44,445 nt of DNA from an uncultured Dehalococcoidales bacterium (GTDB taxonomy: Bacteria > Chloroflexota > Dehalococcoidia > Dehalococcoidales > UBA5627), in the NCBI GenBank assembly GCA_964547375.1, contig CAZJMW010000002.1, positions 1 through 44,445 of the forward strand. The letters are read 5' to 3'. The notes beneath the pieces were generated by a model. That model worked only from the letters and a program-made list of their open reading frames with translations. It searched no databases and was not told the DNA's origin. Position 1 is the first letter of the stretch; each line of letters opens with the position of its first letter. A program made the position numbers and the translations under genes. Below, in pieces: positions 17,225-26,947 of this stretch.

Positions 17225-17713
17225 TTACGACTGGAAAAAGTCCTTTATAACCCTGAAATCTTCCGGGAACAGCCCGAGCACGATGGGGAAATAATCAAGC
17301 ATTACGCGTGCCATGAAGGACTGGGATATCGCATCGCCTCCCGTAAATTTAACGATAATTGCAAGAATTGCCCCCAGCATTAAAAAACCGGAAAGCAATC
17401 CGAATATTGCGCCGCCCAGGTGGTCTACCCAGCCGATAAGCAGTGATTTGGCGACAAATCTAAGCAGATTGGCGATAAGCAGGGCGATAATAAAAACTAC
17501 CGCCAGAATCAGTACAAAGGCGAGTACGTTAGCTACGCTCTCGTTATTGGTAAAGCCAAAAATACCCGAAAGCGAACCGTGAAAACGTCCTGCCAGCACA
17601 ATACCTACTATCAAACCGGCAAATGACAGCGCCGTCTTGATGAGCCCCTTTCTTAAACCCATAAAGGTAGGAATAAACAGCAAAACTATCAGTACGATAT
17701 CGAGCCAGTTCAT
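17225..17713 (-). CDS. cvpA: CvpA family membrane protein
   Basis: 162 aa with four predicted TM helices. The N-terminus MNWLDIVLIVLLFIPTFMGLRKGLIK is typical of CvpA. Confidence 0.78.
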   Translation of the reverse strand: MNWLDIVLIVLLFIPTFMGLRKGLIKTALSFAGLIVGIVLAGRFHGSLSGIFGFTNNESVANVLAFVLILAVVFIIALLIANLLRFVAKSLLIGWVDHLGGAIFGLLSGFLMLGAILAIIVKFTGGDAISQSFMARVMLDYFPIVLGLFPEDFRVIKDFFQS

Positions 17714-17717
17714 GATG

Positions 17718-18518
17718 CTACCCTCCCAGTTCCTTTGCTCGTTTGTAGGCGGCTGTAACCGCTTCCTCTACCAGCCCGGCGAGATTGCCGTTAGCAAATA
17801 CATTTAATGCGGCAGCCGTAGTTCCGCCGGGCGATGTTACCATTTCGCGCAGCTTATCCAGCGGTTTATCCGACTTGTGAACATATTTAATGGAACCTAC
17901 CATGAGCTGCATTACCATTTCAGCGGCTTTATCATGCGGCAGGCCGATTCTCTCGGCAGCCTGTATCAGCGATTCCATGAAAAGGAAAACATAAGCCGGT
18001 CCGCTGCCGCTGATTGCGGTAGCCATATCGATGCTGTCCTCGTCGGCAACATAGATCTCTTTTCCCATGGCTTCCAGGATAGTTCTTGTTTGCGCCATCT
18101 GTTGTCCGTCGACGGCTTCCGTGGCAGTCCAGACGGTCATGCCGTAACCGATTTGTGCCGGTGTATTGGGCATGGCGCGCACGATGGCATCGTGTTTCAA
18201 GCCCTCTTTTAAGGTGGTGATGCATTTACCGGCAATTATCGAGATTACCAGTTGTCCTTTGCAGAATTTGCCGCCCATTTGCTTGATAGCTTCGTCAAGA
18301 CTCTGTGGTTTGATAGCAAGTATAATTATATCGCTTCTTTTAATGGCATCCGCGCAATTGTCGGTGGTGAAAATCCCGTATTTAGCGGCAATCATCTCCC
18401 TGCATTCCTGGTTGATTTCGGCAACCGACAGGTGCTCCGGTGTGGATACTCCTTTGGATATAATTGCCGAAAGAATGGCTTGACCCATATTTCCGCAACC
18501 TATTAAAGCTATCTTCAT
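17718..18518 (-). CDS. proC: Pyrroline-5-carboxylate reductase
   Basis: MKIALIGCGNMGQAI Rossmann motif and the C-terminal VTSPGGTTAAAL signature. Confidence 0.95.
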   Translation of the reverse strand: MKIALIGCGNMGQAILSAIISKGVSTPEHLSVAEINQECREMIAAKYGIFTTDNCADAIKRSDIIILAIKPQSLDEAIKQMGGKFCKGQLVISIIAGKCITTLKEGLKHDAIVRAMPNTPAQIGYGMTVWTATEAVDGQQMAQTRTILEAMGKEIYVADEDSIDMATAISGSGPAYVFLFMESLIQAAERIGLPHDKAAEMVMQLMVGSIKYVHKSDKPLDKLREMVTSPGGTTAAALNVFANGNLAGLVEEAVTAAYKRAKELGG

Positions 18519-18540
18519 GTTAATTCCTTTTCCTTAAATT

Positions 18541-18615
18541 GTCATTCTGAGGCACAGCCGAAGAATCTAAGACTTATCGAATTGCATTCAGATCATTCAC
18601 TCCGTTCAGGATGAC
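18541..18615. repeat. Family A palindromic repeat between leuS and proC
   Basis: gtcattctgaggcacagccgaagaatctaag ... ttatcgaattgc ... gatcattcactccgttcaggatgac. The arms form an imperfect ~28-bp inverted repeat. Confidence 0.85.
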
Positions 18616-18619
18616 ACTT

Positions 18620-21064
18620 TTACCTGATAACCAGGTTCAACAATTTCTTAGGAACGTAGATTATCTTTATTATCTCTTTTCCTTCAATATACGTCTTCAC
18701 CTTGGGTTTGGCAAGTATGATTTCCTTTGCCTCTTCTTCCGTAATAGAAGCCGGAACGGTAACTTTATCCCGCGTCTTGCCGTTGATTTGTATAATAATT
18801 GGAATTTCTTCGTCCTGCGCCAGCGTCTCATCCCACTCCGGCCATTTCCAGTTATGGATGCTGTATTTATGCCCGGTTTTTTGCCACAGCTCTTCGGCAA
18901 GGTGGGGTGCGGACGGCGCTAATAGCAACAGTACAATCTTTACCGCTTCCTGCCAGTCCTTTTCTGAAACCGAGCCGTTATCTTTGATCTTTCCCAGGTA
19001 ATTGGTGTACTCCATCAGGGTCGATATCATGGTGTTGTAGCGTATCCGGTCGATATCCTGTGTTACCTTTTTAATAGTTTGATGCGTAATACGCTGCAGA
19101 TTGCGATATTCCTCATCGTCGATGGTGTTCGATGTATACGGTTCGGTTGCCAGTTTCCAGATGCGGTTGAGCCAGCGGTGTATACCGGCAATGCCGTTAT
19201 CGTTCCAGTCGCCGCCCTGTTCCCAGGGGGCTACAAACATCAGGTAGCAGCGTACCGTATCGGCTCCCATCTTTGAAACGTAGGAATCGGGATTGACAAC
19301 GTTGCCGCGCGATTTGCTCATCTTCTGCTTGTTGGAAATAATCGTTCCCTGGTTGAATAGCCTTATAAACGGTTCATTGAAGTCAATCAACCCCATATCG
19401 TGAATAGCCTTGGTAAAGAACCTGGCGTAGAACAGGTGCATTACAGCATGCTCAGCGCCCCCGGTATATAAATCTACCGGCAGCCAGTATTTAACGGCTT
19501 CCGGGTCAAAGGCGCCGCTGTCGAAATGGGCATTGGTATAGCGCAGGAAGTACCACGAGGAACACATAAATGTATCCATGGTGTCCGTCTCGCGTTTTGC
19601 CGCACCCCCGCATTGCGGGCAGGTGGTATTTACGAAACTTGCGCAGTATTTCAGCGGCGACTCACCGGTCGGCTTAAACTCGGCATCCTCCGGCAGTTTT
19701 ACCGGCAGGTCTTTTTCGGGGACGGGCACAATCCCGCATTTATCACAGTATACCATTGGTATGGGTGCTCCCCAGTATCTCTGGCGTGAAATCAGCCAGT
19801 CGCGCAGTTTATAGCTGACGGTTCTCTTTCCCCAGCCCTTTTCTTCCAAAAGTTCGGCTACTTTGATAATTCCCGCGCGGTTGGGAGTGCCGTCGAAATG
19901 CGCGGAATTCACCATTTCCCCGTCTCCTACATAGGCTTCTTCCAGTTCCTCCCCCTTCCATCCGGGTGGGGATATGACAACTTTTATCGGCAGATTGTAT
20001 TTTTTAGCAAAGGCAAAGTCTCTTTCATCATGCGCAGGAACCGCCATCACAGCACCGGTGCCGTATCCAGCCAGCACATAGTCGGCAATCCAAACCGGAA
20101 CTTTGTCTCCGTTCAGCCTGTTTGTTACATAAGCGCCGGTAAATACCCCGTCCTTCTCCTTTTCGGTAGAAAGCCTTTCTATTTCGGTAAAGCGGCGCGT
20201 TTTGGCTATATAATCTTCTACATCCGCTTTCCGGTCGGGGGTGGTTATTTTGGCTACCAGCGGGTTCTCGGGGGCCAGTACCATGAAGGTTACCCCGTAG
20301 ACGGTATCGGCGCGGGTGGTAAATACCCTGACTTCTTTTTCGGAGACGCCCGGGATTTTCAACTCGAAGGAAATCTCGGTGCCGATGCTCTTACCGACCC
20401 AGTTATGCTGCATGGTTTTTATGCGCTCCGGCCACTCCAGCCCCTCGTGCTGCATCATTTCATCGGCATATTTGGTAATGCGGAAGAACCACTGTTCGAG
20501 GTCTTTGCGTATTACCGGTTCGTCGCATCTTTCGCAGGTGCCATTAGCCAGCACCTGCTCGTTGGCGAGTACTGTCTGGCATTTGGGACACCAGTTGACG
20601 GGTGCCTTGTTGCGGTAAGCCAGCCCGTGCTCGTAGAGCTTTAAAAAGAACCACTGTGTCCATTTGTAGTATTCCGGCAGGCAGGTAATCACTTCCCGGT
20701 CCCAGTCGTAAATGGCGCCGATAGTTTTCAACTGCTTGCGCATATTTTCGACATTTTTCATCGTCCATTGGTAGGGGTGTATGCCGCGCTTGATAGCGGC
20801 GTTTTCAGCCGGCAAACCGAAGGCATCGAAACCGACAGGGTGCAGTACGTTGAATCCCTGCATGCGCTTGAAACGGGCATGCACATCCGAGGGCGCCATG
20901 GCATACCAGTGACCGATATGCAGGTCTCCCGAGGTGTAGGGGAACATGGTAAGCGCATACCACTTGGGTTTGTCGCTGTGCTCGCTTACCTTGTAGAGCT
21001 TGTCTTCCTCCCATCTCTTTTGCCATTTCTGTTCGATTTCAACCGGGTTGTAAATGTTTTCCAT
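18620..21064 (-). CDS. leuS: Leucine--tRNA ligase
   Basis: The class I motifs are HIGH (PYTSGDLHIGH) and KMSKS. I chose the ATG at 21064 (MENIYNP..., GAAAGGAAA RBS); the track's ORF extends to 21094. Confidence 0.97.
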   Translation of the reverse strand: MENIYNPVEIEQKWQKRWEEDKLYKVSEHSDKPKWYALTMFPYTSGDLHIGHWYAMAPSDVHARFKRMQGFNVLHPVGFDAFGLPAENAAIKRGIHPYQWTMKNVENMRKQLKTIGAIYDWDREVITCLPEYYKWTQWFFLKLYEHGLAYRNKAPVNWCPKCQTVLANEQVLANGTCERCDEPVIRKDLEQWFFRITKYADEMMQHEGLEWPERIKTMQHNWVGKSIGTEISFELKIPGVSEKEVRVFTTRADTVYGVTFMVLAPENPLVAKITTPDRKADVEDYIAKTRRFTEIERLSTEKEKDGVFTGAYVTNRLNGDKVPVWIADYVLAGYGTGAVMAVPAHDERDFAFAKKYNLPIKVVISPPGWKGEELEEAYVGDGEMVNSAHFDGTPNRAGIIKVAELLEEKGWGKRTVSYKLRDWLISRQRYWGAPIPMVYCDKCGIVPVPEKDLPVKLPEDAEFKPTGESPLKYCASFVNTTCPQCGGAAKRETDTMDTFMCSSWYFLRYTNAHFDSGAFDPEAVKYWLPVDLYTGGAEHAVMHLFYARFFTKAIHDMGLIDFNEPFIRLFNQGTIISNKQKMSKSRGNVVNPDSYVSKMGADTVRCYLMFVAPWEQGGDWNDNGIAGIHRWLNRIWKLATEPYTSNTIDDEEYRNLQRITHQTIKKVTQDIDRIRYNTMISTLMEYTNYLGKIKDNGSVSEKDWQEAVKIVLLLLAPSAPHLAEELWQKTGHKYSIHNWKWPEWDETLAQDEEIPIIIQINGKTRDKVTVPASITEEEAKEIILAKPKVKTYIEGKEIIKIIYVPKKLLNLVIR

Positions 21065-21209
21065 ATTCAGATTTCCTTTCAGATTAGCTCTCATTGTAGC
21101 AACAAGGCCGTTTACTTTGCAATAGAAGCGCCTCGCCGGTTCTTATTAATCCAGTTACGAATGCCTTTTGTGATATATATGCGAGGTGGCGTAATTAGCT
21201 TATATCGTA

Positions 21210-21319
21210 GAGATTGCTTCGATCCCGACATGTCGGGACTCCCTCGCAACGCCGATTTTTTTGTCATACTGAGTTCGCACATTAGCTGCGCTAAGTATAA
21301 ATGGTGGTCGAATGAAGTC
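21210..21319. repeat. Composite dispersed repeat (families B and A-variant)
   Basis: This ~108-bp segment (agattgcttcgatcccgacatgtcgggactccctcgcaacgccgatttttttgtcatactgagttcgcacattagctgcgctaagtataaatgg...) recurs at 27783..27890. By eye the match is most nearly identical over 21243..21319 vs 27815..27890. Confidence 0.8.
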
Positions 21320-21390
21320 CCGATAAACCGGGATTTCGTTCCTGCTTACCGGAACTTAATATCCGGGGAGTGGGGTATAAAAACCTCAAA

Positions 21391-21430
21391 CCGTTCCAAT
21401 CCTTCGACAGGCTCAGCTCAGGATGAGCGG
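21391..21430. repeat. Family C dispersed repeat
   Basis: ccgttccaatccttcgacaggctcagctcaggatgagcgg. The reverse-complement copy is at 27700..27734. Confidence 0.75.
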
Positions 21431-21651
21431 ATTGGTTAATCTCTTTCCGCTTTCCCTTGAGACCTGATGTAGCGGGCAGGGGTTTAAGAACGGAAGAAAA
21501 CAATATAGATTGAAATATAAATCTGTACAAGTTATCGTTATGGAGACTATTAATATTATAATAGTGTGAGGAATAACACACATATTTGTGCATGAAATGA
21601 GAGGATTCGTTATTTAACCGATGCTATCCTTTGATACAAGGAGATGATGAC

Positions 21652-22512
21652 ATGGAATGGCTTGAGCGACTGAACAAATCCGTCGATTACATCGAGGACA
21701 ATCTGGGTGATGAGATAAGTTATGACAGGGCAGCGCAGGTTGCCTGCTGTTCGACCTATCACTACCAGCGTATGTTTTCGTATATTGCCGGAATCCCGCT
21801 TTCGGAATACATCCGCCGCCGCCGCATGACGGTGGCTGCTTTCGAGTTGCAAAGCAGAAAGATGAAAGTAATCGACGCGGCGTTGAAGTACGGCTACGAC
21901 TCACCGACTTCGTTTGCCCGCGCATTTCAGGGCGTACACGGGGTATCGCCGTCGCAGGCCCGTTCGGAAGGTATTTCTCTCAAGGCGTTTGCGCGCATCA
22001 CCTTCAATATATCAATTAAAGGAGAGGCGGAAATGAATTACAAAATAGAAAAAAAGGATGCTATCAGGATTGTGGGCGTTAAGGAACACTTCGATATGAA
22101 TGTCGAAGAGGCGTTTGCGAAGGTGCCCCTGTTTTGGCAGAATACGGTGAAAGACGGCTGGCTGCCGAAGCTCTGTGCTTTAATGGATAAAGCGCCGCTG
22201 GGAGTACTGGGCGTCAGCGCCTGCATGAACGGCAAGGATTTCGATTACTTTATCGCCGTTGCCAGCGATAAACCTGCTCCCGAAGGCACAGTCGAGTACA
22301 TTGTTCCGGCTGCCACCTGGGCGGTTTTCGAGTGCGTCGGCGCCATGCCGCAGGCAATACAGGAGTTGCAGAAAAGGATAGTTTCCGAGTGGCTGCCGAT
22401 GTCCGGCTATGAATATGCCAATGCCCCCGATATCGAGGTCTATTTCGAGGGAGACCAGCATTCCCCATCCTACAAATCCGAGGTCTGGCTGCCGGTCGTC
22501 AAAATAAAATAA
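21652..22512 (+). CDS. AraC family transcriptional regulator with a GyrI-like effector-binding domain
   Basis: The N-terminal AraC HTH pair is AAQVACCSTYHYQRMFSYIAGIPLSEYIRRRRM / YGYDSPTSFARAFQGVHGVSPSQ. The C-terminal half is GyrI-like. The ATG at 21652 follows an AAGGAGA RBS. Confidence 0.85.
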   Translation: MEWLERLNKSVDYIEDNLGDEISYDRAAQVACCSTYHYQRMFSYIAGIPLSEYIRRRRMTVAAFELQSRKMKVIDAALKYGYDSPTSFARAFQGVHGVSPSQARSEGISLKAFARITFNISIKGEAEMNYKIEKKDAIRIVGVKEHFDMNVEEAFAKVPLFWQNTVKDGWLPKLCALMDKAPLGVLGVSACMNGKDFDYFIAVASDKPAPEGTVEYIVPAATWAVFECVGAMPQAIQELQKRIVSEWLPMSGYEYANAPDIEVYFEGDQHSPSYKSEVWLPVVKIK

Positions 22513-22613
22513 ATCTATTGTCGATAAGTCCACCAGACAGGAGCCGCAGTGATTACGCTGCGGCTCTATTATAATTTGCTACAAACGGCGTTTAACTGCT
22601 ATTATGAGAAACG

Positions 22614-23207
22614 ATGTTAAATCCAATTTTTATAATAATCGGCATAAATGTATTTATCTTTGTTGCCGCCAACATATCGAATACACTGGTATACGACCTC
22701 GGCTTATGGGCACCGCTGGATTACTGTTTGAATGGGTACATGGGGCATGGTGGAGTGTGGGGTATTTTTACCAGCATGTTTACGCATACCGGTTTTACCC
22801 ATATCCTCTTCAATATGCTGACGCTCTACTTTTTCGGCAGTTATTTGTTGAAATTAACCGGGTGGAAACAATTCCTGGTTATTTATTTAGGCGGCGGATT
22901 GCTGGGCAGTATCTTCTATGTATTATTCAGTACACTTATCAGTCCGGATGTTCCCGGACTGGCTATCGGCGCTTCGGGTGCCATCTTTGCCCTCGGCGGC
23001 ACGCTGGCGTTCCTGATGCCAAAGATGAAGGTCTACATCATGTTCATACCGGTTCCGGTTCCGTTGTGGATAGCTGTAATCGGCGGCGGTTTGATAATGT
23101 CTTTCCTGCCTGGGGTTGCCTGGGAGGCGCACCTGGGAGGCTTGCTGTTCGGCCTGGCGGCGGGTTATATTATAAAAAGCCGCAGAAAACAGACTTACTA
23201 CTACTAA
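22614..23207 (+). CDS. Rhomboid family intramembrane serine protease
   Basis: Six TM segments, the catalytic GASGAIFALGG motif, a downstream EAHLGGLLFG His, and the HTGFTHILFNM motif. Confidence 0.85.
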   Translation: MLNPIFIIIGINVFIFVAANISNTLVYDLGLWAPLDYCLNGYMGHGGVWGIFTSMFTHTGFTHILFNMLTLYFFGSYLLKLTGWKQFLVIYLGGGLLGSIFYVLFSTLISPDVPGLAIGASGAIFALGGTLAFLMPKMKVYIMFIPVPVPLWIAVIGGGLIMSFLPGVAWEAHLGGLLFGLAAGYIIKSRRKQTYYY

Positions 23208-23239
23208 ACTCCATCCTTGGACTCTTTCGGGGGTGACAG

Positions 23240-24037
23240 ATGTTTATAAAAAAGCTGCATAAACTATCTCTTCTAGTCCTTGCCTGCGTCCTTGCATGCG
23301 GTCTTTACGGGTGTGAAAGTCCCGTTAAGGACAGGGAAACAATCTTCCAGATATCCACCATCAATGCCCTGATGGAAGGGCTTTACGACCCTGTCATCAC
23401 TGTCGGCGATCTATTGGCGTACGGCGATTTCGGGATAGGCACTTTTGAAGGTCTGGACGGCGAAATGGTTATTCTCGATGGTAAGTGCTATCAAATAAAA
23501 AGCGACGGGGTGGCTTATCTGAAAGAAGACAGCGTGGGCGTCCCCTTTGCCGATGTAACTTATTTCGACAATGATTATGAAGATGAAATCGCATCCGGCA
23601 CTACTTTCGAACAACTTAAAACGCAGGTAAACGAAGTACTGCCAACCGAAAACATCTTTTATGGGATAAAAATCGAGGGCACTTTTACATATATGCAGAC
23701 GCGCAGTGTTGCCGGGCAGGAAAAACCCTATCCGCCGCTTACGGACGTGACGGCAGACCAGGTTGTTTTTGATTTTAATAACGTCAGCGGTACGATTGTC
23801 GGTTTCTATTGCCCCGAATATGTGGCGGGGGTGGGGGTGGCCGGATATCACCTGCATTTTATAAACGATGCAATGGATGCCGGCGGGCATATACTTAACT
23901 TTACTGTGCAAGACGCTACCATGTATATAGATTACACCAATGAATTTTACCTGATTTTGCCGGGTGAGGGCAGTGATTTCTATAATACCGATTTCAGCCC
24001 CGATTATTCGGAGGGAATCGAAGAGGCGGAGAGCTAA
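23240..24037 (+). CDS. budA: Alpha-acetolactate decarboxylase with an N-terminal signal/lipoprotein-like sequence
   Basis: IFQISTINALMEGLYDPVITVGDLLAYGDFGIGTFEGLDGEMVILDG and GYHLHFI match the AlsD/BudA family. The N-terminus is KLSLLVLACVLACGLYGC. Confidence 0.82.
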   Translation: MFIKKLHKLSLLVLACVLACGLYGCESPVKDRETIFQISTINALMEGLYDPVITVGDLLAYGDFGIGTFEGLDGEMVILDGKCYQIKSDGVAYLKEDSVGVPFADVTYFDNDYEDEIASGTTFEQLKTQVNEVLPTENIFYGIKIEGTFTYMQTRSVAGQEKPYPPLTDVTADQVVFDFNNVSGTIVGFYCPEYVAGVGVAGYHLHFINDAMDAGGHILNFTVQDATMYIDYTNEFYLILPGEGSDFYNTDFSPDYSEGIEEAES

Positions 24038-24038
24038 T

Positions 24039-24215
24039 ATGTGTATTTTTTGCGGTGGAGCCTGCGGCGGAGTGGTCGATATAGCGTTGCCTTCGGTGGC
24101 TGCTGCGGCATCACTGGTGGTTCTGAAAGTAAAGGCTGCTAAAGCGTCTCGCAAGTCATCCAAGGATGAGGAAGAGAAGCGGGTTGTCGGGGAAACTGAC
24201 TGCGACAAGGAATAA
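24039..24215 (+). CDS. Possible 58-aa Cys-rich single-pass membrane protein
   Basis: The ATG lies 1 nt after the budA stop, with GGAG 7 nt upstream. The sequence is MCIFCGGACGGVVDIALPSVAAAASLVVLKVKAAKASRKSSKDEEEKRVVGETDCDKE: a CxxCxxxC N-terminus, a hydrophobic helix and a charged tail. Confidence 0.35.
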   Translation: MCIFCGGACGGVVDIALPSVAAAASLVVLKVKAAKASRKSSKDEEEKRVVGETDCDKE

Positions 24216-24246
24216 TTTAAGCCTCGATTTATCAGGCTGAAAAATA

Positions 24247-24283
24247 TAACGGGGATGCCACTTTTGTTTGCGCATCCCCGTTA
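24247..24283. terminator. Bidirectional intrinsic terminator between the convergent budA unit and catalase
   Basis: A perfect 12-bp stem, taacggggatgc (24247..24258) / gcatccccgtta (24272..24283), with a 13-nt loop. It is followed by a T-rich tract on the plus strand (tcgctttt) and by TATTTTT on the minus strand. Confidence 0.7.
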
Positions 24284-24304
24284 TCGCTTTTAATTAAAAT
24301 AACC

Positions 24305-25771
24305 TTATTTCGGAATATCGCACATTTTTATATCGAGCGCTTTTGCAACACCTTCACCATAAGCCGGGTCGGCCTTCAGACAATTGCCGATATGCCTAAT
24401 TTTGATTTCAATCGGAGCGGCATTGATATCGCGGGCTGTGTTTTCAAACAGTAAGAGTTGTTGTTCCGGCTTCATCAATTTGAAGAGCAAGCCTGGTTGC
24501 GTGTAATAATCATCGTCATCTTTTCTAAAATCCCAGCGATCGGCAGCGCCTTCCAGTTTCAGCGGTGGTTCACTGAAATCGCGCTGGTCCTGCCATTCCC
24601 CATAGCTGTTAGGTTCATAATGAAGCTTACTGCCGTGGTTGCCGTCAACACGCATAAGTCCGTCACGGTGGAAGCTGTTTACCGGGCATCGTGGGGCGTT
24701 AACCGGGATTAAGTTGTGATTTACACCGAGCCGGTAACGTTGAGCATCACCATAAGAAAACAGTCTTCCCTGCAGCATCCTATCAGGAGAAAATCCGATG
24801 CCCGGCACGATATTAGCCGGGTTGAAAGCTGCCTGTTCCACATCGGCAAAGTAATTTTCAGGGTTGCGGTTTAATTCAACCTCTCCGACTTCGATTAAAG
24901 GATAATCTTTGTGCAGCCATACTTTTGTAAGGTCAAACGGATGGAAATGATATGTCGCCGCTTCCAGTTCCGGCATGATTTGAACATACATTGTCCAGCG
25001 CGGGTAATCTTTATTGGCAATGCTTTCGAAGAGGTCTCGCTGATGGCTTTCTCTATCCTTGGCAATTATCGCCTGCGCTTCTTCGTCAGTCAGGTTCTTG
25101 ATACCCTGCTGGGTTTTAAAATGTAACTTAATCCAGAAACGTTCGTTTTTTGCGTTGATAAAACTATATGTATGACTGCTGAATCCATGCATATGACGGT
25201 AAGAATAGGGGATACCCCGGTCGCTCATTATTATTGTTACCTGATGCAATGCTTCGGGTAGTGACGAAAAGAAGTCCCATTGATTGCGTGCGCTGCGCAT
25301 ATTGGTTTGAGGGTCTCTTTTAACGGCATGGTTCAAATCGGGAAATTTGAGCGGGTCACGGAAGAAAAAGACCGGCGTGTTGTTACCGACCATGTCCCAG
25401 TTGCCCTCTTCTGTATAGAATTTCATTGCGAAACCGCGGATATCCCGTTCGGCATCGGCGGCGCCGCGTTCTCCCGCAACGGTTGAAAAGCGCATAAATA
25501 GGTCTGTTTTCTTGCCAATCGCAGAAAAAACCTTAGCCCTGGTATAACGGGTAATATCGTGAGTAACGGTGAAAGTACCGAATGCCCCCGAACCTTTAGC
25601 ATGCATACGTCTCTCGGGAATGACCTCACGGTCAAAATGCCCAAGTTTCTCCATGTACCAGACGTCCTGCAGGAGCATGGGGCCTCTTGGGCCGGCGGTA
25701 ATGGAATCTTGATTGTTAGCAACCGGAGCGCCGGCGGCTGTGGTAAGCTTGGGTTTCTTTTGCTTGTCCAT
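24305..25771 (-). CDS. katA: Monofunctional heme catalase
   Basis: [42 protein letters not shown] and the proximal-Tyr region [14 protein letters not shown]. The ATG at 25771 follows an AAGGAG RBS; the track's ORF extends to 25813. Confidence 0.95.
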   Translation of the reverse strand: MDKQKKPKLTTAAGAPVANNQDSITAGPRGPMLLQDVWYMEKLGHFDREVIPERRMHAKGSGAFGTFTVTHDITRYTRAKVFSAIGKKTDLFMRFSTVAGERGAADAERDIRGFAMKFYTEEGNWDMVGNNTPVFFFRDPLKFPDLNHAVKRDPQTNMRSARNQWDFFSSLPEALHQVTIIMSDRGIPYSYRHMHGFSSHTYSFINAKNERFWIKLHFKTQQGIKNLTDEEAQAIIAKDRESHQRDLFESIANKDYPRWTMYVQIMPELEAATYHFHPFDLTKVWLHKDYPLIEVGEVELNRNPENYFADVEQAAFNPANIVPGIGFSPDRMLQGRLFSYGDAQRYRLGVNHNLIPVNAPRCPVNSFHRDGLMRVDGNHGSKLHYEPNSYGEWQDQRDFSEPPLKLEGAADRWDFRKDDDDYYTQPGLLFKLMKPEQQLLLFENTARDINAAPIEIKIRHIGNCLKADPAYGEGVAKALDIKMCDIPK

Positions 25772-25937
25772 TTTATTCTCCTTATATTTTGCTTGTTTAC
25801 GTATAGTGAACATACTAACAGAATAGATACTTGAAAATAAGGATATTTATCACAGTTCGGATAAACATTCCTATAAAGGAGTGGAGTTCTAACTACATAC
25901 TAACACATCTGCAATACGTTATATATGGTTTTTATCT

Positions 25938-25957
25938 TTTTATTTGCAATTAGTTGA
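25938..25957. repeat. Left terminal inverted repeat of the IS
   Basis: See the mobile_element entry. It pairs with 27263..27282. Confidence 0.75.
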
Positions 25958-25981
25958 TAAAATATATTAAGGGATAAAATA

Positions 25982-26947
25982 ATGAGTATAACAATAGATA
26001 AAAGTAAAACTTTAACCTGCAAATATTGTAATTCAAATGCAATAAGTAAATTTGGTAATTACAAAGGGAAACAGCTTTATTGGTGTAAAGTATGTAGTCG
26101 TAAATTCAAAGCTGATGATGCATCGTTCCGAATGAAAACACCTATTAAGGAAGTATCGTCAGCTTTGAATATGTATTATAGTGGAATGAGTATAAACAAT
26201 ATAAAAAGATTTCTAGAACAGGAATATACTCATAGTCCATCTACAGCTACCATTTATGAATGGGTACAAAAATATACTCAATACATAATAGACAGTATAA
26301 AGGAATGCAAACCAAATAATATTGGTGATACTTGGGTAGCAGACGAAACTGTATTAGCTGTAGATGGTGGTAAATTGTGGTTATGGGATATTATTGATAT
26401 TAAAACACGCTTCTTATTAGCTTCTAGATTGTCTAGAAGTAGGACAACAGATGATGCTCAGATATTAATCAATAAGGCAGTAAAACAAGCTGGTAAATAT
26501 CCTAAATTGGTATTGACAGATAAATTGGCAAGTTATGAAGATGTATTTTATGGAAAGGATTCAGAACACCAGCAAGGCAGTCCGTTTGATGTTAAAAACA
26601 ATACAAATCTAATCGAAAGATGGCATGCTACTCTAAAGACAAGGACAAAAGTTATGAGAGGGCTTAAAAACTTTGAAAGTGCATTAGAATTTACTAACGG
26701 ATTTCTAGCCTATTATAACTATATTAGACCACATTCAAGTATAGATAAAACACCAGCAGAAGCTGCAGGAGTTAAATATCCTTATAAAAACTGGGCAGAA
26801 ATAATACAGCGTCATAAACCATCGAGAAAAATAGAAATATTACATATGTCTAGAGATAGGGTTAAATTACCACAAGCACAGATAGGTAGACCTAAAAAGT
26901 TAAGAACTAAATTAATACAATCTATAACTGCAAAAAAATTAAGGTAA
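25982..26947 (+). CDS. DDE transposase, IS6-family-like (COG3316 type), with an N-terminal zinc ribbon
   Basis: The zinc ribbon is CKYCNS...CKVCSRKF. The DDE core contexts are WVADETVLAV, LVLTDKLASYEDV and NLIERWHATLKTR, followed by YNYIRPHSSIDKTPAE. Confidence 0.9.
   Translation: MSITIDKSKTLTCKYCNSNAISKFGNYKGKQLYWCKVCSRKFKADDASFRMKTPIKEVSSALNMYYSGMSINNIKRFLEQEYTHSPSTATIYEWVQKYTQYIIDSIKECKPNNIGDTWVADETVLAVDGGKLWLWDIIDIKTRFLLASRLSRSRTTDDAQILINKAVKQAGKYPKLVLTDKLASYEDVFYGKDSEHQQGSPFDVKNNTNLIERWHATLKTRTKVMRGLKNFESALEFTNGFLAYYNYIRPHSSIDKTPAEAAGVKYPYKNWAEIIQRHKPSRKIEILHMSRDRVKLPQAQIGRPKKLRTKLIQSITAKKLR

Noticed and set aside
20768-21593. ORFs of 223 aa (plus strand) and 100 aa (minus strand) spanning the leuS 5' end and the upstream repeat cluster
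   Set aside because: The first is antisense to leuS for half its length and then runs through repeats. The second lies entirely in repeat or AT-rich spacer sequence. Neither has motifs or an RBS.
22604-23236. 210-aa ORF overlapping the rhomboid gene in another frame
   Set aside because: The 22614..23207 frame contains the rhomboid catalytic GASGAIFALGG motif and regular TM helices. The alternative frame is Arg/Tyr/Cys-rich with no motif.
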